A stretch of 63,941 bases of DNA, counting the filler, from Lenisia limosa (lineage: Eukaryota; Protista; Breviatea): NCBI GenBank assembly GCA_001655205.1. It is 15 parts of 15 records of this genome, joined end to end, with 100 filler letters (N's around TTAATTAATTAA, not from the genome) between each part and the next. Parts side by side here need not be neighbours in the genome. Positions count along the whole stretch, not along the records: positions 58,336 to 61,413 come from LPNZ01001495.1; positions 61,514 to 62,698 come from LPNZ01002382.1; positions 62,799 to 63,941 come from LPNZ01003018.1; 12 more parts are not named here. One strand, given 5' to 3'. Below, piece after piece: positions 61,394 through 63,941 of this stretch; the stretch's first letter is position 1, and each line of letters opens with the position of its first letter. The translations under genes were made by a program, and so were the position numbers. The notes below the pieces were generated by a model. The model saw only the letters and a list, made by a program, of their open reading frames with translations. It did not search any database and was not told the origin of the DNA.

Positions 61394-62798
61394 CTTCTGC
61401 CATCCAGACCCGTNNNNNNNNNNNNNNNNNNNNNNNNNNNNNNNNNNNNNNNNNNNNTTAATTAATTAANNNNNNNNNNNNNNNNNNNNNNNNNNNNNNN
61501 NNNNNNNNNNNNNTGTTGTTATCAACCCTCGTGTGTTGAGCCAACCGAGTTGCTTTTGGGCTTTTTTTTTGTTTCATAAATTTTCCAGTTTTAACCCACC
61601 CCCCACCCCAGGAAGGAAATTCCACCCCCCATGAGAAGCGCCTTATGCGGCTTTGCTCCAGACGATGTCGATATTCTCTGAAGAGGACAATGGTACAACA
61701 CAGGCCGTGATGGAGGGCTAAGGTGAGGCCCCGCTAAGTCGCTTTATCGTTTTAGATGTATTGTTGTAATTCTTAGATTTTCCGGTGGTGAAACATGGGG
61801 GGGAGGGGTTCTCGAGCAAAAACCCTTGAAACTATTTGCTATTGCTCTCCCACAATGATGGGCGGAGGTATTCGTATTCGGTTCGTGAGATTTAGAGAAA
61901 ACAAAGAAAATAGGGGGGAAGAGCTTAAGATTCCTAGTTTGGTTCTTCTCGAAGAGGAAACAAGGGAACATGCTTGGTGGTTTAACTATGAGGCATTTTG
62001 ACAGGAGAAATAATATACTACATGAAAACAACACTTTTGATGATAGGAGAAAAATATGACGATATTGCCCTCCTGGGGGTTTACTGCAAAAAAATAAAAT
62101 AAATAAACAATAATAATAATAAATATTTCCCCCTTCATTTCTACCTTGAACTACCAACGTACAACCAAGCAGCTGGAAAGCCCTAAAGGAACATAATCAT
62201 CTACATACATCTTAAATAAACAAAATCAAACTAAAAATAACTACAGAAAAACACCACAAAAAAATAACAAAAATACTCGTTAGAGGTTTTGAGACACTAT
62301 GTATCTTATTTTCATTGAATCGTCAGAAGCCACGACTGAGACACCCTTTTCAGATGCTGGAATATTAGTAATGCGTGCAATTAATTTTTAGAATTAGTTG
62401 ACAAAATTAGAAATTAAAGTGTCTGGAATAGGGTTCTCGTTACAATATGTCCGACTTCAAATTTGAAATGAATGATTCAATTAATTGCACCGAGCCCTAA
62501 ATTAGTACTCCGTAATAATGAGAAATCAACTTCGATTTTTGAAGTGGACATAAGCAATTAGAAACCCTTTTTTAGACATTTAAATTTATCAATTTATTTC
62601 TTCAATATGATTGACGTAATAAAGGTTATGAACCGAAGAGGGCTTAAGTTGGTTTTATCCCGGAACTGCTAATAAGAGTAATCATGACTACAGGCATANN
62701 NNNNNNNNNNNNNNNNNNNNNNNNNNNNNNNNNNNNNNNNNNTTAATTAATTAANNNNNNNNNNNNNNNNNNNNNNNNNNNNNNNNNNNNNNNNNNNN

Positions 62799-63527
62799 TT
62801 GAATCGAGCTCCTGGATCTGGCTCTCCATTTCCCTAGTTTTACCCTGAGTCTGCTTAATGGTCTTGTTGAGATCACGGACGTTCTTCTCGAGGTTTGCCT
62901 TGGTCAGCGTTTTGGACCGAGTTTTAGTTCGTCCCTAAGGGGGAAAAATATGAGGACGGTGGGGGTGAAAGACACTACGAAGTTTCTAGATGAGAAGCGA
63001 AGCTCTCTCCCACCTTGTTTCCGATACTCTCCCTCTTGAGAATGGCCTTCTCCATTTCTGAGGCCAATTGGTCTTGGTGGCGTTGGAGCTGGGGGCAAAA
63101 TCACAGGAGAGTTGATAACAAAACAAAAAAAGCGCAGGCTAATCGCTTCTGCAGCATCATATCCCATGTAAAAATGGACAATTTATGTAACAAGAAAAAC
63201 ACCGCGTACCTGAGAGTATCTGAGCTTCATCCGGTGGATCTCCTTCTGCATGCCTCGAATTTCAGCCGTGCCGACATTGGGATCTAACGCCGCCGCCGTC
63301 TCTCGTGCTAACTGGATCTTTTTCTCCCACTGGTGGATTAGACAGGATTATGAGGTTTTCGATAAAATTATTTATTTTGTCACATAGCCCCCACTACAGC
63401 AGCCTCATAGCCCCCCTACCACAGCAGCCTGTTTATTGGCCTCGTCAACTTTGTCGTTCAGCTCAGCCTTTTCCAGTTTGAGGGCCACCACCCGCTCTTC
63501 CAGCTTGTGTGCTGTTGCCTCGCCGTC
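62799..63527 (-). CDS. CCDC40: CCDC40 (FAP172), axonemal 96-nm ruler protein, partial
   Basis: WEKKIQLARETAAALDPNVGTAEIRGMQKEIHRMKLRYSQ|LQRHQDQLASEMEKAILKRESIGNK|GRTKTRSKTLTKANL. Compare CCDC40 WEKKIQLAKE...GQTEIRAMKGEIHRMKVR...EKMIRAME.AV.RRE. Confidence 0.92.
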
Positions 63528-63722
63528 CTAGTCCGTGAATTGAATTGGTGGAATTTCGGGTAAATGAAACAAGGCATTATACAGTACAAATTAATCATCC
63601 CACCCCCCATACATGTAGTTTGGAGAGGAAAGTGGTCTCAAGGGTGAGGTTGGCCTCGGCCAGGTTAGTCTACAATGTGAGCTTCGAAATAAATTTACTG
63701 GGAATGGGAGTGGAGTTATGGA

Positions 63723-63822
63723 TAGGGGTTCCCAACGGTCCCAAAAAAGACCAAATTTCTCGATAAATCCTCGATAAATATCGATATTTCACCAGCCTTT
63801 TCCGGATCGTAGGGAAGCTCTA
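63723..63822. mobile_element. hAT-type MITE (family 1) upstream of the CCDC40 exon (intron)
   Basis: TAGGGGTTCCC...GGGAAGCTCTA; perfect 8-bp TSD GTTATGGA. Confidence 0.88.
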
Positions 63823-63941
63823 GTTATGGACAAAAAATCAATCAGTGGCTTAGCATTAAAGACACATGGATTTGTAAACATCAAAACATCATGGAATCTT
63901 CATCACTATCAGTATTTCTTTGTGGTTAGTGTTTCATAAGC

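Overview
This is draft genomic DNA from an intron-rich eukaryote with GT-AG introns and the standard genetic code. It contains N-masked low-complexity runs and 14 artificial 100-nt gap spacers (N44-TTAATTAATTAA-N44), so it spans about 15 contigs and adjacency across spacers is unproven. The supplied ORF track is mostly spurious, so genes were rebuilt by hand from exons. Recognisable genes are PTRHD1, a kinesin-3 motor, the C-terminal exon of a GH47 alpha-1,2-mannosidase, a LisH-REM RasGEF (Dictyostelium GefA/Aimless-like), PEX14, BBS9 and CCDC40. There are also several hypothetical multi-exon genes, including a roughly 14 kb gene for a large surface/membrane protein with Ig-like repeats. Transposon content includes a ~100 bp hAT-type MITE (8-bp target site duplications, TSDs, read directly), a ~80 bp TA-flanked Tc1/pogo-type MITE, a 423 bp foldback element and two pogo/Fot1-like DDE_1 transposase relics. 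The most unusual signal is a set of modular repeats in introns of unrelated genes. They are always in the sense orientation, and two modules end at or just before the 3' splice AG, which suggests an introner-like or splice-site-donating element. All protein identities come from motif recall, not database searches.
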